Below, piece after piece: positions 52,501 through 64,000 of a stretch of 64,000 bases of DNA (position 1 is the stretch's first letter; each line of letters starts with the position of its first letter). The DNA lies in NCBI GenBank assembly GCA_964035545.1, contig OZ037770.1, forward strand, positions 15,738,642 through 15,802,641, written 5' to 3'. This DNA is from Bugula neritina (Eukaryota > Animalia > Bryozoa). Below the pieces are notes generated by a model that worked only from the letters and a program-made list of their open reading frames with translations, did no database searches and was not told the origin of the DNA. The position numbers were made by a program, and so were the translations under genes.

Positions 52501-55500
52501 AGAGGCTCCGGCAAGTGGAGGCTCAGGACTTGGAGTTGGCCAAAATTATTCAGGAGGAAGAAAATCTGCGAGCCAAACGCCGAACTTTGAGACACCAGCA
52601 AAAAGTTCTACAGCAGCAGGTATTGTTATATAGGAGCAGGTATTGTTATATAGGAGCAGGTATTATTATATAGGAGCAGGTATTGTTATATAGGAGCAGG
52701 TATTATTATATAGGAGCAGGTATTGTTATATAGGAGCAGGTATTATTATATAGGAGCAGGTACTGTTATATAGGAGCAGGTATTGTTATATAGGAGCAGG
52801 TACTGTTATATAGGAGCAGGTATTGTTATATAGGAGCAGGTATTGTTATATAGGAGCAGGTACTGTTATATAGGAGCAGGTACTGTTATATAGGAGCAGG
52901 TATTGTTATATAGGAGCAGGTATTGTTATATAGGAGCAGGTATTATTATATAGGAGCAGGTATTGTTATATAGGAGCAGGTATTATTATATAGGAGCAGG
53001 TACTGTTATATAGGAGCAGGTATTGTTATATAGGAGCAGGTATTGTTATATAGGAGCAGGTATTGTTATATAGGAGCAGGTATTGTTATATAGGAGCAGG
53101 TATTGTTATATAGATACCAATGTGAGAAGCTCCTACTGAGATGGTTGTTAGTGAATTGTAGTGAATGTAGTGAATTTCTTGTTACTGTTTACTTATTCTC
53201 TCACATGTTGCTGGTGTCGTATTGTAGAAAACTGGTGGCGCTTTGCCCAAGGTTTGTATGATTAACAGCAGACACCTGAAAGCACTGACTAGTCTTGTCA
53301 CAGGACGTGTTTCTTGTCATCTTGTGACTCATAGTGCATGATTCATACCTGCTTTAATCTGCCACACACCTGACTTATATCACATGACTCACTTGTTTCA
53401 GTCTGCCACACACTTGCCTTATATCACTTGACTCACACCTGTTTCAGTCTGCCACACACTTGCCTTATATCACATGACTCACCTGTTTCAGTCTGCCACA
53501 CACTTGACTTATATCACATGACTCACACCTGTTTCAGTCTGCCACACACTTGACTTATATCACATGACTCAGATTTCCTTAAGAATTTATGAATGTCTGT
53601 CAACACTGGTTTGCACACTAACGCTGCGTCGTGCCACTGGCTACAACTAGTTTGTTTCAGTTTAATAGATTTATTGCTTTGCTTGTTTCCAAATATTTGG
53701 AGTTGTTTACCCGTAGTTAGTCGCTGCTTGTTTTGTTAGAAATTGTTTGCTCCTCTCAATGTGTCTCTATATCTGGGACTCATATATATCTGAACTCATA
53801 TATATCTGGACTCGTGTATATCTGTCTCGTGTGTTGTGTAGAGGGAAGTGGCGGAAAGGATGGCCTCCCACAACAGTCCCAGTCAGACTCTGAGTAGCAC
53901 AGCGTCGTACGGCGCACCACCAACTGACCAATCAGCACACAGCACACAGTCCTCTCAGCACCATGCCAGGTCTTCATCTGGTGGGAACAGACCAGCCAGT
54001 GGTCACTACGGCTCTCTGGAGTCGGGGAGAAAAGATTCAGATAGACAACTTCTCCAGTCTTCTGTTGGTAGATCACCCAGTGGAACTAATGTTTCAGCAT
54101 ACAGGGTTAGCGGCTCAGGATACGGGGCCAGTGGCCCCGCATATGGGGCCAGTCATCCTGTACACAGAACTGGTGGTCCAGTTGACAGGAGCAATGGTTC
54201 GGCACATGGTGCTGGTGGTCCAGTGCTTGCAACAAGTGGTGCATTATATGGAGTCAGCAGTCCAGTTGACAGAGCCAGTGGTCCAGTTGACAGAGCCGGT
54301 GGTCCAGTTGACAGAGCCGGTGGTCCAGTTAACAGAGCCGGTGGTCCAGTTGACAGAGCCGGTGGTCCACTTGACAGAGCCAGCGGTCCAACTGCTCAGG
54401 ATGGACACGCACAGCTCAGATCTCAAGAATACTCATCACCCAAGAGAGACAATCCAGAGAGCAGAGCCAGTGCTGGTCTGCCCAGAACCAACCTTCCTGC
54501 TGCTGGATCTCGTCAGGTGAGGATGCCTATTGACCTCCCCAACCGTATGATGCAGAACACAGACCTCTCCGACAATCGAGGTGTGCAAACATCAGTCGGC
54601 AGATCTGAGCCGTCGGAGTTTCGGGCTCCGAGTAGAGACATGTACGCCGAGAAGCCATCTGCTGGACGGGGCGCTTACTCTCCCACCCGTAACAACAGAG
54701 GTCAGTGTTTCTAAACAGCAGGCTATTCTCTTATTTGATACTCTATGTTTTCTATTGAAGGGTTTTTATCATTTCACTTGACAATCAGGTGGTTATTGTT
54801 TTGCCAGATGTGTCACCTCCAGGTCCTGCCTTACCGGAGAGACGGTACAGAGATGATTTCCAGATGTCCCAGAGTTCTGTTCACCAAGTTGGGCCACACA
54901 CACACCAAGTTGGGCCACACACACACCAAGTTGGGCCACACACACACCAAACTGGGCCACACGCACACCAAACTGGGTCACACGCACACCAATCTGGGCC
55001 ACACACACACCAACCTGGACCACACACACACCAACCTGGGCCACACACACAGCAGCCTAGTAGATTATCTCAGGAAAGACAGGGATACCATGATAATGGA
55101 GAGGAAGCTCGGAGTAGAGCGCTGGACATGCCTCCATACAGGGGGTTACATCCGCCCCCTTACCACAACAGTCGCAGCAGATCCCAGGAGTGAGTATTGA
55201 GGGGGTTTGAGAGTTTATAACGCTGCTTTATTCAATCATCTGTCACACTGGTTCCTCTCTCTTCCGCTAGGTCTAGTGAGGGGGCACCCTCCAGTCCCCG
55301 TAGTGCAGAAACCCACTACGATGCTCCCTGGGACATGTCTCAGCTGGAGAGTCAGCTGCTGAGAGACGCCTCTGTCAACCAGAATGCTCAGCCCATCAAA
55401 CCCAGACAAGTTAGTCCTCCAGGACGGAGGGGGGAGCCTCCCAGTCCGCACCGGAGCCCTCAACATGTGTGAGTATCTCAGTCTACACTTTAGTCCTTGT

Positions 55501-58408
55501 CTATGGTACTGTGTGGTACTGTGTGGTACTGTGTGGTGCTGTATGGTACTGTGTCGTACTGTGTGATACTGTATGGTACTGTATAGTACTGTATGGTACT
55601 GTATGATACTGTGTGGTGCTGTATGGTACTGTATGGTGCTGTATGGTACTGTATGGTACTGTATGATACTGTATGGTACTGTGTGGTACTGTGTGGTACT
55701 GTATGGTACTGTATGGTACTGTATGATACTGTGTGGTACTGTATGGTACTGTATGGTACTGTGTGGTACTGTATGGTACTGTATGATACTGTGTGGTGCT
55801 GTGTGGTACTGTATGGTACTGTGTGGTACTGTGTGATACTGTATGGTACTGTATGGTACTGTGTGGTACTGTATGGTACTGTATGGTACTGTGTGGTACT
55901 GTATGGTACTGTATGGTACTGTGTGGTACTGTGTGATACTGTATGGTACTGTATGGTACTGTATGGTACTGTATGGTACTGTGTGGTACTGTGTGGTACT
56001 GTATGGTACTGTGTGGTACTGTGTGATACTGTATGGTACTGTATGGTACTGTGTGGTACTGTATGGTACTGTATGGTACTGTGTGGTACTGTATGGTACT
56101 GTATGGTACTGTGTGGTACTGTATGGTACTAATGTGGTACTGTATGGTACTGTATGATACTGTGTGGTACTGTGTGGTACTGTGTGATACTGTATGGTAC
56201 TGTGTGGTACTGTGTGATACTGTATAGTACTGTGTGGTACTGTGTGGTACTGTATTGTACTGTGTGGTGCTGTGTGGTACTGTGTGGTACTGTATGACAC
56301 TGTGTGGTGCTGTGTGGTACTGTATGGTACTGTGTGGTACTGTATGATACTGTATGGTACTGTATGGTACTGTGTGGTACTGTGTGGTACTGTATGGTGC
56401 TAATGTGGTACTAATGTGGTGCTAATTGCAGGCCTGGCCCAGGAGGCAGGCCCCTCGTAGAACAGAATGAAGAGGGACTGTTTGTAATGAATATAGCGGA
56501 GATGCTGGATCCTACTTACGGCAGACGTCAAGGGCCAAGGTCATCGGGGACAGATCCTAGTTCATCTCGCGGTATGTTCTTCAAGTAGACTGTGTACCGT
56601 CCTATTATACAGCGTTATACTATACATAGTGATATACTGTACATAGTGATATACTGTACATAGTGATATACTATACATAGTGATATACTATACATAGTGA
56701 TATACTATACATAGTGATATACTATACATAGTGATATACTATACACAGTGTTAGTACGCACTGTTAGTACACAGTGTTAGTACGCAGTGTTAGTACGCAC
56801 TGTTAGTACATAGTGCGAGTACACGTGTCATCTTGGTAGACGAACTCAATACAAGACAAACACCTCTGTCAGCAGTTGTTATGTAACTTCAGCTGCTTTC
56901 TGTCCAGACACTTGGACACCTGCCAGACATTACTCCACTCTTTCTCTAGTAGTAAACACACCTGAACTGGCAGTTTGTTGTTCCGTCTAATTAACAGCCA
57001 CTCAAGTATTTCCCTCCCAAAATATTTGCTCTGGAAGTCTGTTTTGTTGAGAGGCAGAAATACTGCTGCGTGTTTACGTAACACTCGGTGTTTGTAGTTC
57101 TTTCTTAAACTGAGTTTCACCTTCCACACTATGCAAGATATCCACTTCTTCCACTATCTGTATCCACTCCTTCCAGTATCTGTATCCACTCCTTCTACTA
57201 CCTGTATCCACTCCTTCCACTACCTGTATCCACTCCTTATACTATCTGTATCCACTCCTTCTACTGTCTGGTTTGTCCCCCTTTTGTTATGGTGCCTATT
57301 TAATGACCTGTGGTCAGTTATTTAATGACCTGTGGTCAGTTCTTGGTCTCATTAAGTTCCTCTCCTTAGTGTTTGTTTATAGTTTGGGTTATTTTGTTGA
57401 ACTCTTCAGGACTTAATATTTGTAACCAGAAACAACTACAGGCAGCAATTCTCGCTGCCAAACACTCACTTGTTTGTTAGTAGTTGAGTGGTTAGTGAGG
57501 TGTTGGCTCTGAGAGCTGGTGGTGAGTCAATATTATTCTAACTTATTCATCCCCTGCCCCACACTCTGTCACGTACCCTGCCCCACACTCTGCCCCTCAC
57601 TCTGCCCCACACTCTGTCACATACTCTGCCCCATCCCCTGCCCCACACTCTGCCCCACATTCTGTCACATACCTCCTCTGTCACATACTCTGCCCCACAC
57701 TCTGCCCCACATTCTGTCACACACTCTGCCCCACACTCTGTCACATACTCTGTCACACACTCTGCCCCATACCTCCTCTGTCACATACCTCCTCTGTCAC
57801 ATACTCTGCCCCATACTCTGCCCCATACCCTGCCCCATACTCTGCCCCATACTCTGTCACATACTCTGTCACATACCCTGCCCCACACTCTGCCCCACAT
57901 TCTGTCACACACTCTGCCCCACACTCTGTCACATATTCTGTCACACACTCTGCCCCATACCTCCTCTGTCACATACCTCCTCTGTCACATACCCTGCCCC
58001 GTACTCTGCCCCACACTCTGTCACGTACTCTGTCACACACTCTGTCACATACCCTGCCCCGTACTCTGCCCCACACTCTGTCACGTACTCTGTCACACAC
58101 TCTGTCACACACTCTGTCACATACCCTGCCCCGTACTCTGTCACACCTTCTCTGTCACATGTTCTTCGGTTAGTTCGTAAGATGCTGACAACATTTAATC
58201 CCAAATTCTTTCTATTCTGTCACCAACTCAGCTATCTCTTTGAACCTTGTACACTCGTCTCTGCTTTACATCATATTCAGAGTTGTCTTCCCTTGTAGGG
58301 TATGAAGCACCAGCCAGCTCTGCAGACGGAGATATCACCGCTATAGCTGGTTCCAGACGACACGGTAAGAAGCCGTCTGGCAAACGGGAGTCTTGTAAGC
58401 AGCAGTAG
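46518..58408 (+). CDS. CCDC50: CCDC50 (Ymer)-family ubiquitin-binding coiled-coil protein with long low-complexity C-terminus
   Basis: Exons 46518-46626, 46733-46768, 48310-48372, 48822-48960, 49192-49285, 50434-50529, 51358-51525, 51624-51731, 51990-52110, 52300-52619, 53228-53251, 53842-54700, 54808-55189, 55271-55468, 56432-56571, 58299-58408 form one open frame. N-terminus VYEDRVIADKIQKEEIEHHYNKNRFNRRTVRDDIPVAK resembles the CCDC50 N domain; several MIU-like helices (QDESFAKQLQ, EDRELAIRLQKEEE, QDAELARLMQDQE, QDLELAKIIQEEE). Ends SCKQQ*. Some internal exons and the start codon are less certain. Confidence 0.8.
47363..47960. repeat. (TATAC/TATATAC)n simple satellite
   Basis: Same family as 59034-59245 and 62706-63195. 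Confidence 0.9.
49333..50428. repeat. Intronic 18-bp minisatellite (GTACAGTAGAGTTGTAAC)n, about 60 copies
   Basis: Fills CCDC50 intron 49286-50433 up to the acceptor. Confidence 0.95.
50722..50863. repeat. 20-bp repeat (TTCCACTAACTCTTGTTAGT), about 7 copies
   Basis: Each unit contains the hairpin ACTAAC-TCTT-GTTAGT. Confidence 0.9.
52615..53113. repeat. 20-bp donor-containing minisatellite (GTATTGTTATATAGGAGCAG)n, about 25 copies
   Basis: Begins at the exon junction AGCAG|GTATT (52619/52620). Confidence 0.95.
55502..56420. repeat. Intronic 10-bp repeat (GTATGGTACT/GTGTGGTACT)n
   Basis: Direct reading. Confidence 0.93.
57550..58160. repeat. Intronic C-rich repeat, unit about 12 bp (CTCTGCCCCACA/CTCTGTCACATA)n
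   Basis: Direct reading. Confidence 0.88.
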
Positions 58409-59033
58409 AGGTCATTGCTGTCCTAAAGGTCATTGCGTCACGTCTACAGCTCATTGGGCTACTTAACCAACCATTCAGTGAATAGGAAATCCGTTGCTTA
58501 GCAACTCTCATATAAACCCTTTCCTAATCAACTATAGTATCAATTATATAATTTATTTTTATTGTCAACTTTATATTTTTATTTCAGCGTTAGTGTAAAA
58601 TATAGCATAATTTTTTTCTTACAACTTTTTATTTAGCCAAAATATCATATACCTTGTTTGTTGTTGACAGGCTTTTTATACACATTTTATGTACAAGTAT
58701 GAGTTTATTGCAAATATTATTATATTATATGCTTGCAGGATTAAACGCACTGTGGTATGGCACCACTGAATTACTACTTTAGGCTTACTACTTTATATGG
58801 CTACCTGTATACTTCACCTGTATACTCTACCTGTATACTTCACCTGTATACTCTACCTGTATACTTCACCTGTATAATTCACCTGTATACTTCACCTGTA
58901 TAATTGTTTTTAACAAATCGTGCCTGAAACATTTTACTGTTAGCTTTCCTAATTCTTTTGTTTTTCCATATTTTACCCTTTCAGAAAATTATAACTAACT
59001 TTTTATATTTGCTTTCAAAAATAAAAGTAGTAT

Positions 59034-59245
59034 ACTATGCACTATTATTACTATACTATACTATACAATACTATACCAGATACTATATTATACTACACTA
59101 TATACTATACTGTACTATATACTATGCTATACTATACTATATACTATACTATATACTATAATATATACTATAATATACTACACTATATACTATACTATGC
59201 TATACTATATACTATACTATATACTATGCTATACTATACCATACT
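59034..59245. repeat. Degenerate (TATAC)n satellite
   Basis: Direct reading. Confidence 0.8.
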
Positions 59246-59597
59246 ATGCATTATTATTCACGTGATACACACGAATGTTCAGCTGTTGCTGGCTGTAGAA
59301 ATATTGGCACAATAAATGCCAACATAAGAACAGACTGGAATCATCTAGAAATGAAGCTGTGAGGTAACAGCATTGTGTTATTTAAGTTGGCATTTTATCA
59401 AAGAGCCGGCTGTGTGTTTCAAGCAGCTGTGCTACAGTGATGACTGAATTATAAACTTTATTTATGATGAAAATAAAACGGCCAGCTGGGTTTGAACCCT
59501 GGACCCCCACAGGTCCAGCTAGCGGATGTATCATACTTTACATATGAATAATATTATAGTTATGAGGAAGCTATATGCAGCTGACTACCAGTGCTAA

Positions 59598-60082
59598 CCC
59601 TAGAGCTCAGTTAGAGTATACAGGGTAACTCTAGAGCTCAGTTAGAGTATACAGAGTAACTTTAGAGCTCAGTTAGAGTATACAGAGTAACTCCATAGCT
59701 CAGTTAGAGCATACAGAGTAACTCTAGAGCTCAGTTAGAGTATACAGAGTAACTCTAGAGATTAGTTAGAGTATACAGAGTAACTCTAGAGCTCAGTTAG
59801 AGTATACAGAGTAACTCTAGAGCTCAGTTAGAGTATACAGAGTAACTCTAGAGCTCAGTTAGAGTATACAGAGTAACTCTAGAGCTCAGTTAGAGTATAC
59901 AGAGTAACTCTAGAGCTCAGTTAGAGTATACAGAGTAACTCTAGAGCTCAGTTAGAGTATACAGAGTAACTCTAGAGCTCAGTTAGAGTATACAGAGTAA
60001 CTCTAGAGCTCAGTTAGAGTATACAGAGTAACTCTAGAGCTCAGTTAGAGTATACAGAGTAACTCTAGAGTTCAGTTAGAGT
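59598..60082. repeat. 31-bp minisatellite (CTAGAGCTCAGTTAGAGTATACAGAGTAACT)n, about 15 copies
   Basis: Direct reading. Confidence 0.93.
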
Positions 60083-62705
60083 AGTGAGTATACAGACATG
60101 AAGGTTTGCTGCTGTAGTAAACAGTTATTACTGCATAATCCCCCCCCCCCCCTGTAACGCTATAAGACTTATCATTATGATATTATATTATATAGTAGCT
60201 CCACGAACTCTACCCACAGTATATAGATTAGCGATCAAAACAAACACATATTATTCTGAACAATATATAATTTTCCCAGTAGTTGATTATTATTATTGTT
60301 TAGCTATCCTGCTTCATAAATTTTATTTTCACCAAAACATATTTGTTTAGATATTTTGTTTTTGCCTATTTCCGCCTTTAGCTTTACAATCTGCAACATT
60401 ATAAGAGGGGGGAGGAGGGGAGGGGTTAAATGGTTGAAGTTGTGTTTCTATAACTACAGTTGAACGTAATATTATAAATATTGGTTGTGTGTGGTCATAG
60501 CGATAGTATATTATAGTGAGAGTGTGTAGTGATAGTATATAGTGAGAGTGTGTAGTGATAGTATATAGTGTTTCTTGTGTACTGTGTATTGCATGCTTGG
60601 CTGTTACATAACTTGCGGATGTTCAATGTGAGGTGGGGCAACTATAAGATGACGGGTTTCCAGGACATCCTGGTGCATGTTAACTTTTAAAATAACAAAG
60701 ATGTGTTGTATGCCCAGCACTAAGGCTATGGGGCATTAAATTCTAAGTCTACAGAGATCCTGTAGAGCGTATACCCTTGGACACGGTCAGGTCGCGTCCT
60801 CAAGGTCAAGATGAGACCATACCGGACATAAAGTGTGACAATACCGGACATGGTGTGACAATACCGGACATGGTGCGACAATACCGGACATGGTGTGAAG
60901 ATCTAGTGAGAGACTCTCTTTGATTATTTAAACTGAAATGCTATAGTCAAGAGTTTTTAAGACTCGTCAGTAAAGTTTTGTGGTTTCACATTTTTATGTT
61001 CAACTGCACCAGTTAAAGCTGTTTGTTTTAGGGGCTGTCAGTAAACTCTTGTGTTGGGGTTACTTATTTTAGATTGGCAGCTGTTTGATTTGGCAGTCAC
61101 TGCTGTGCTCTCTCTGCACAAGGATGTTTGAAGGTGAAAATATTCCATTGAAATAAAAGCACCAGTTTAAAATTATTTTTCTATCAAAGCATTTCATATT
61201 TTCTTACCGTCTGACATTTGAAGTTAGTAATTCTAAGTAAACATTTACCTAAGAGGTGCTGTCGCGCTGCCAACCGGTTATTAGGTGATGTCTGGTGCAA
61301 GTGTTATCAGGAGTTATCCCTACACGGCACTCTGTGATGTAACTCACTAGAAGGGAGCATCACACGAACTATTTCATTGTGAGCTGAGGAGTACAGCAAA
61401 GACTTGACTAAACTAAAACTCAAATCTGCTAGTAATTGTGCAGGAAGCAGTAAAAAGCTAATAGTATAATTTAAAGAATTAGCAGGACAATGCAGGAGAT
61501 TATGATGTCATGAGGGCAGTAACTCCCAGGATGGATTAGCAGACTCTCCAGGCCAACCTCCGTAGTATGACTCTGAGAATGTCCGCCTTAAGCTTATTGA
61601 GAAGAATTAACAGCAGCTGTTTAGTACAGTCACCTTGCACTCGGTGCCCTATTTATTCATCAGCCAATGAAATATGGACTTACATGGCTTACATTGATTA
61701 GGGCCTGGCCAGTCTTGTAAACTTTGTTAATATTTATTTTCCTTGCAAACATAAATATTCTTGCAGACATTTTTAGATTTCCATAAACATATTTTTAACA
61801 AACAGCATTTGCTGCTGAGACAGTTATTTGCTGCTGAGACAGCTATTTGCTGTTAAGGCAGCTGACCGAGGAAACAGTTCATTAAATATTTAACCAATGA
61901 GACAAGAACCCCAGACAGATGGTCATTATTTTACTATTAAGTCACGTGACTGAAACCAATAGCCTAGCTGTGTGCCTAGAGTTTACATCCCTGGATTTAA
62001 ATAGAGCTATGACTGTGGAAGAAGGTAAGTGAAGGTACATGCTTGGTATCCCAATACCCTCAGTATAACAGCAGAGCAATACAGAATTCTCCATGTTGAA
62101 ATAAACTAACCTCACCTGCTATGCCAAAGCCATCTCTCTGTTACTATTTATGAGTCTTATTATAAAGTAACAAAGTGAAGGGCTTTAAGCTAAACTCCTA
62201 TAGACATAGTTTATATGGCTATATCATTTCCATATTGTGTTGCAGTGAAGCTTTGCCCTTTGAACAGCCAACAGCAGGACTTTGAAACTGTGAGCCCGAT
62301 TTCTCAGATGTTAAATGCAGGGTGTGGTTTAGCTGAAATGCCTTCATTGACCTACATTCACTTGTGAATACTACAGACTGTAATAACTTCATACCCTCAG
62401 TGGAAAGTCCAAGTTATTCTTAGTATCAGTCCCATTTCTTGGTAACAGCTCTCCACACCACATCAACACCCTCTGATGTTTCTACAAACACAGCAGGTGG
62501 TTCTGTGGAATATGTCTGAGTTATGTAACGTCTTTTACCTGCTGGTTTCCATGAAACTTCCTGTAGTGAGCAGTTCCTACTAGGAAAGTAAGTTCCAACT
62601 CACATGGTCTGTAAAACTTAGTGAATGAATTAAGGTAAATAAAAATATAAGTAGATACAAGGTAAAGTAAATGAAAGTAAATATATAGTAAGTAAAGTAA
62701 GTGCA

Positions 62706-63195
62706 TAGTATAGCATATAGTATATAGTATAGTATATAGTATATAGTATATAGTATAGTATATAGTATAGTATATAGTATATAGTATAGTATATAGTATA
62801 GTATATAGTATATAGTATATAGTATATAGTATATAGTATAGTATATAGTATAGTATATAGTATATAGTATAGTATATAGTATAGTATATAGTATATAGTA
62901 TAGTATATAGTATAGTATATAGTATAGTATATAGTATATAGTATAGTATATAGTATATAGTATATAGTACAGTATATAGTATAGTATATAGTATATAGTA
63001 TAGTATATGGTATAGTATATAGTATAGTATATACTATATACTATACTATATACTGTACTATATACTATATACTATACTATATACTATACTATACTATATA
63101 CTATACTATATACTATACTATATAATATAGTATATAGTATAGTATCTAGTATAGTATCTAGTATAGTATAGTATATAGTATAGTATATAGTATAG
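62706..63195. repeat. (TATAG)n satellite with an internal inverted block
   Basis: TATAG units to about 63030, TATAC units about 63031-63123, then TATAG again. Confidence 0.9.
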
Positions 63196-64000
63196 TAAGC
63201 TCAGACAACTGACTGTGTCTAGCACTGAAAGACATGCTGACAGTTATAGACAGTAGACAGCGGGTGTAGCTGTAGGCAGCAGTGCTGTGACGTGATGTCA
63301 TAGATGAATTATCTGAAACTACAGCTGCATCATTGCTATGTGGTTTATATAATCCAACAGGGTGATTATATGCTTGTCTGTATCTGCAGACAGATTGCAG
63401 GCAGATAAGCAGATACATATGCAGATATGCAGACAGGATATGCATATAGGTATACGCAGATACATACGCAGACAGATTGCATATTGGAATCATGTTCAGT
63501 TTATAAGTCTCCTCTCACGAGGGCAGATAATTTCTTATGGTAAAAATAGCCATAAAACAGTTCAAATAACTGCAGGCTCTTGTAAAAGACATGAAAACTA
63601 TTTTTCAGCACATTTACAATGTCATTATATTTATATAACCAATAATATTTATCATATAATAATCAGTGACTCATGCGATTGGGTAGCCTCTGTTCTTGCT
63701 GGTATATAGACTAAGTTCTGTAAGCAAAGTGTGTTCCAACAGGAACTACTCAACTCTTAGAAATGTTTTCAGTCAAATTATGCTTCAAATACTTGTCAAA
63801 TGTTATTCTGTCTGGAAGAGTGGGGTGGTCTGTTTGTTGTGCAGAGCATAGCTGTGGTCTGGTAGAATTCTCTGGCACCCTCCCAGTGATACTTGGCATG
63901 GAGCTCACCTGGTGTTTACTTAGAACTCCAGTTAGCATTCTCACGTCATCAGTAGGATAATATCACTGTTCTTAAAATATCAACTGCCGTCTGCACTGAG

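Noticed and set aside
55236-56300. 354-aa ORF and opposite-strand Cys/Trp-rich ORFs
   Set aside because: 10-bp repeat artefacts.
57519-58298. 259-aa Cys/Pro/His-rich ORF resembling a metallothionein or keratin-associated protein
   Set aside because: Low-complexity intronic repeat between in-phase CCDC50 exons.
62100-64000. Possible minus-strand exons or pseudogene (e.g. SITGRVPENST, VSWKPAGKRRYITQ)
   Set aside because: Frames are interrupted by stops, with no consistent exon chain or recognisable family; a translated homology search would be needed.

Overview
Eukaryotic (invertebrate metazoan-like, AT-rich) genomic DNA with spliceosomal genes, and no prokaryotic features. Exon chains reconstructed by eye give six genes: (1) the 3' part of condensin I subunit NCAPD2 (+, 1-26543); (2,3) two tandem type-I membrane receptors that share a divergent SUEL/Gal-lectin-like exon but have unrelated stalks, TMs and Tyr-motif tails (+, 27791-30207 and 35291-39279); (4) cyclophilin H PPIH (-, 39840-42252); (5) DGCR6 (-, 42694-44209); (6) a long CCDC50-family protein ending in the CaaX-like motif CKQQ (+, 46518-58408). 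A TTAA-flanked MITE lies at 34150-34917. Most striking, nearly every intron of NCAPD2 and CCDC50 is inflated by its own private minisatellite. Several of these units contain the splice junction itself, so the unit reads GT...AG. The best case is about 80 copies of a 47/51-nt unit at 6921-10863, which could act as a self-correcting, recursively spliceable array. Most long ORFs in the supplied track are artefacts of these repeats.
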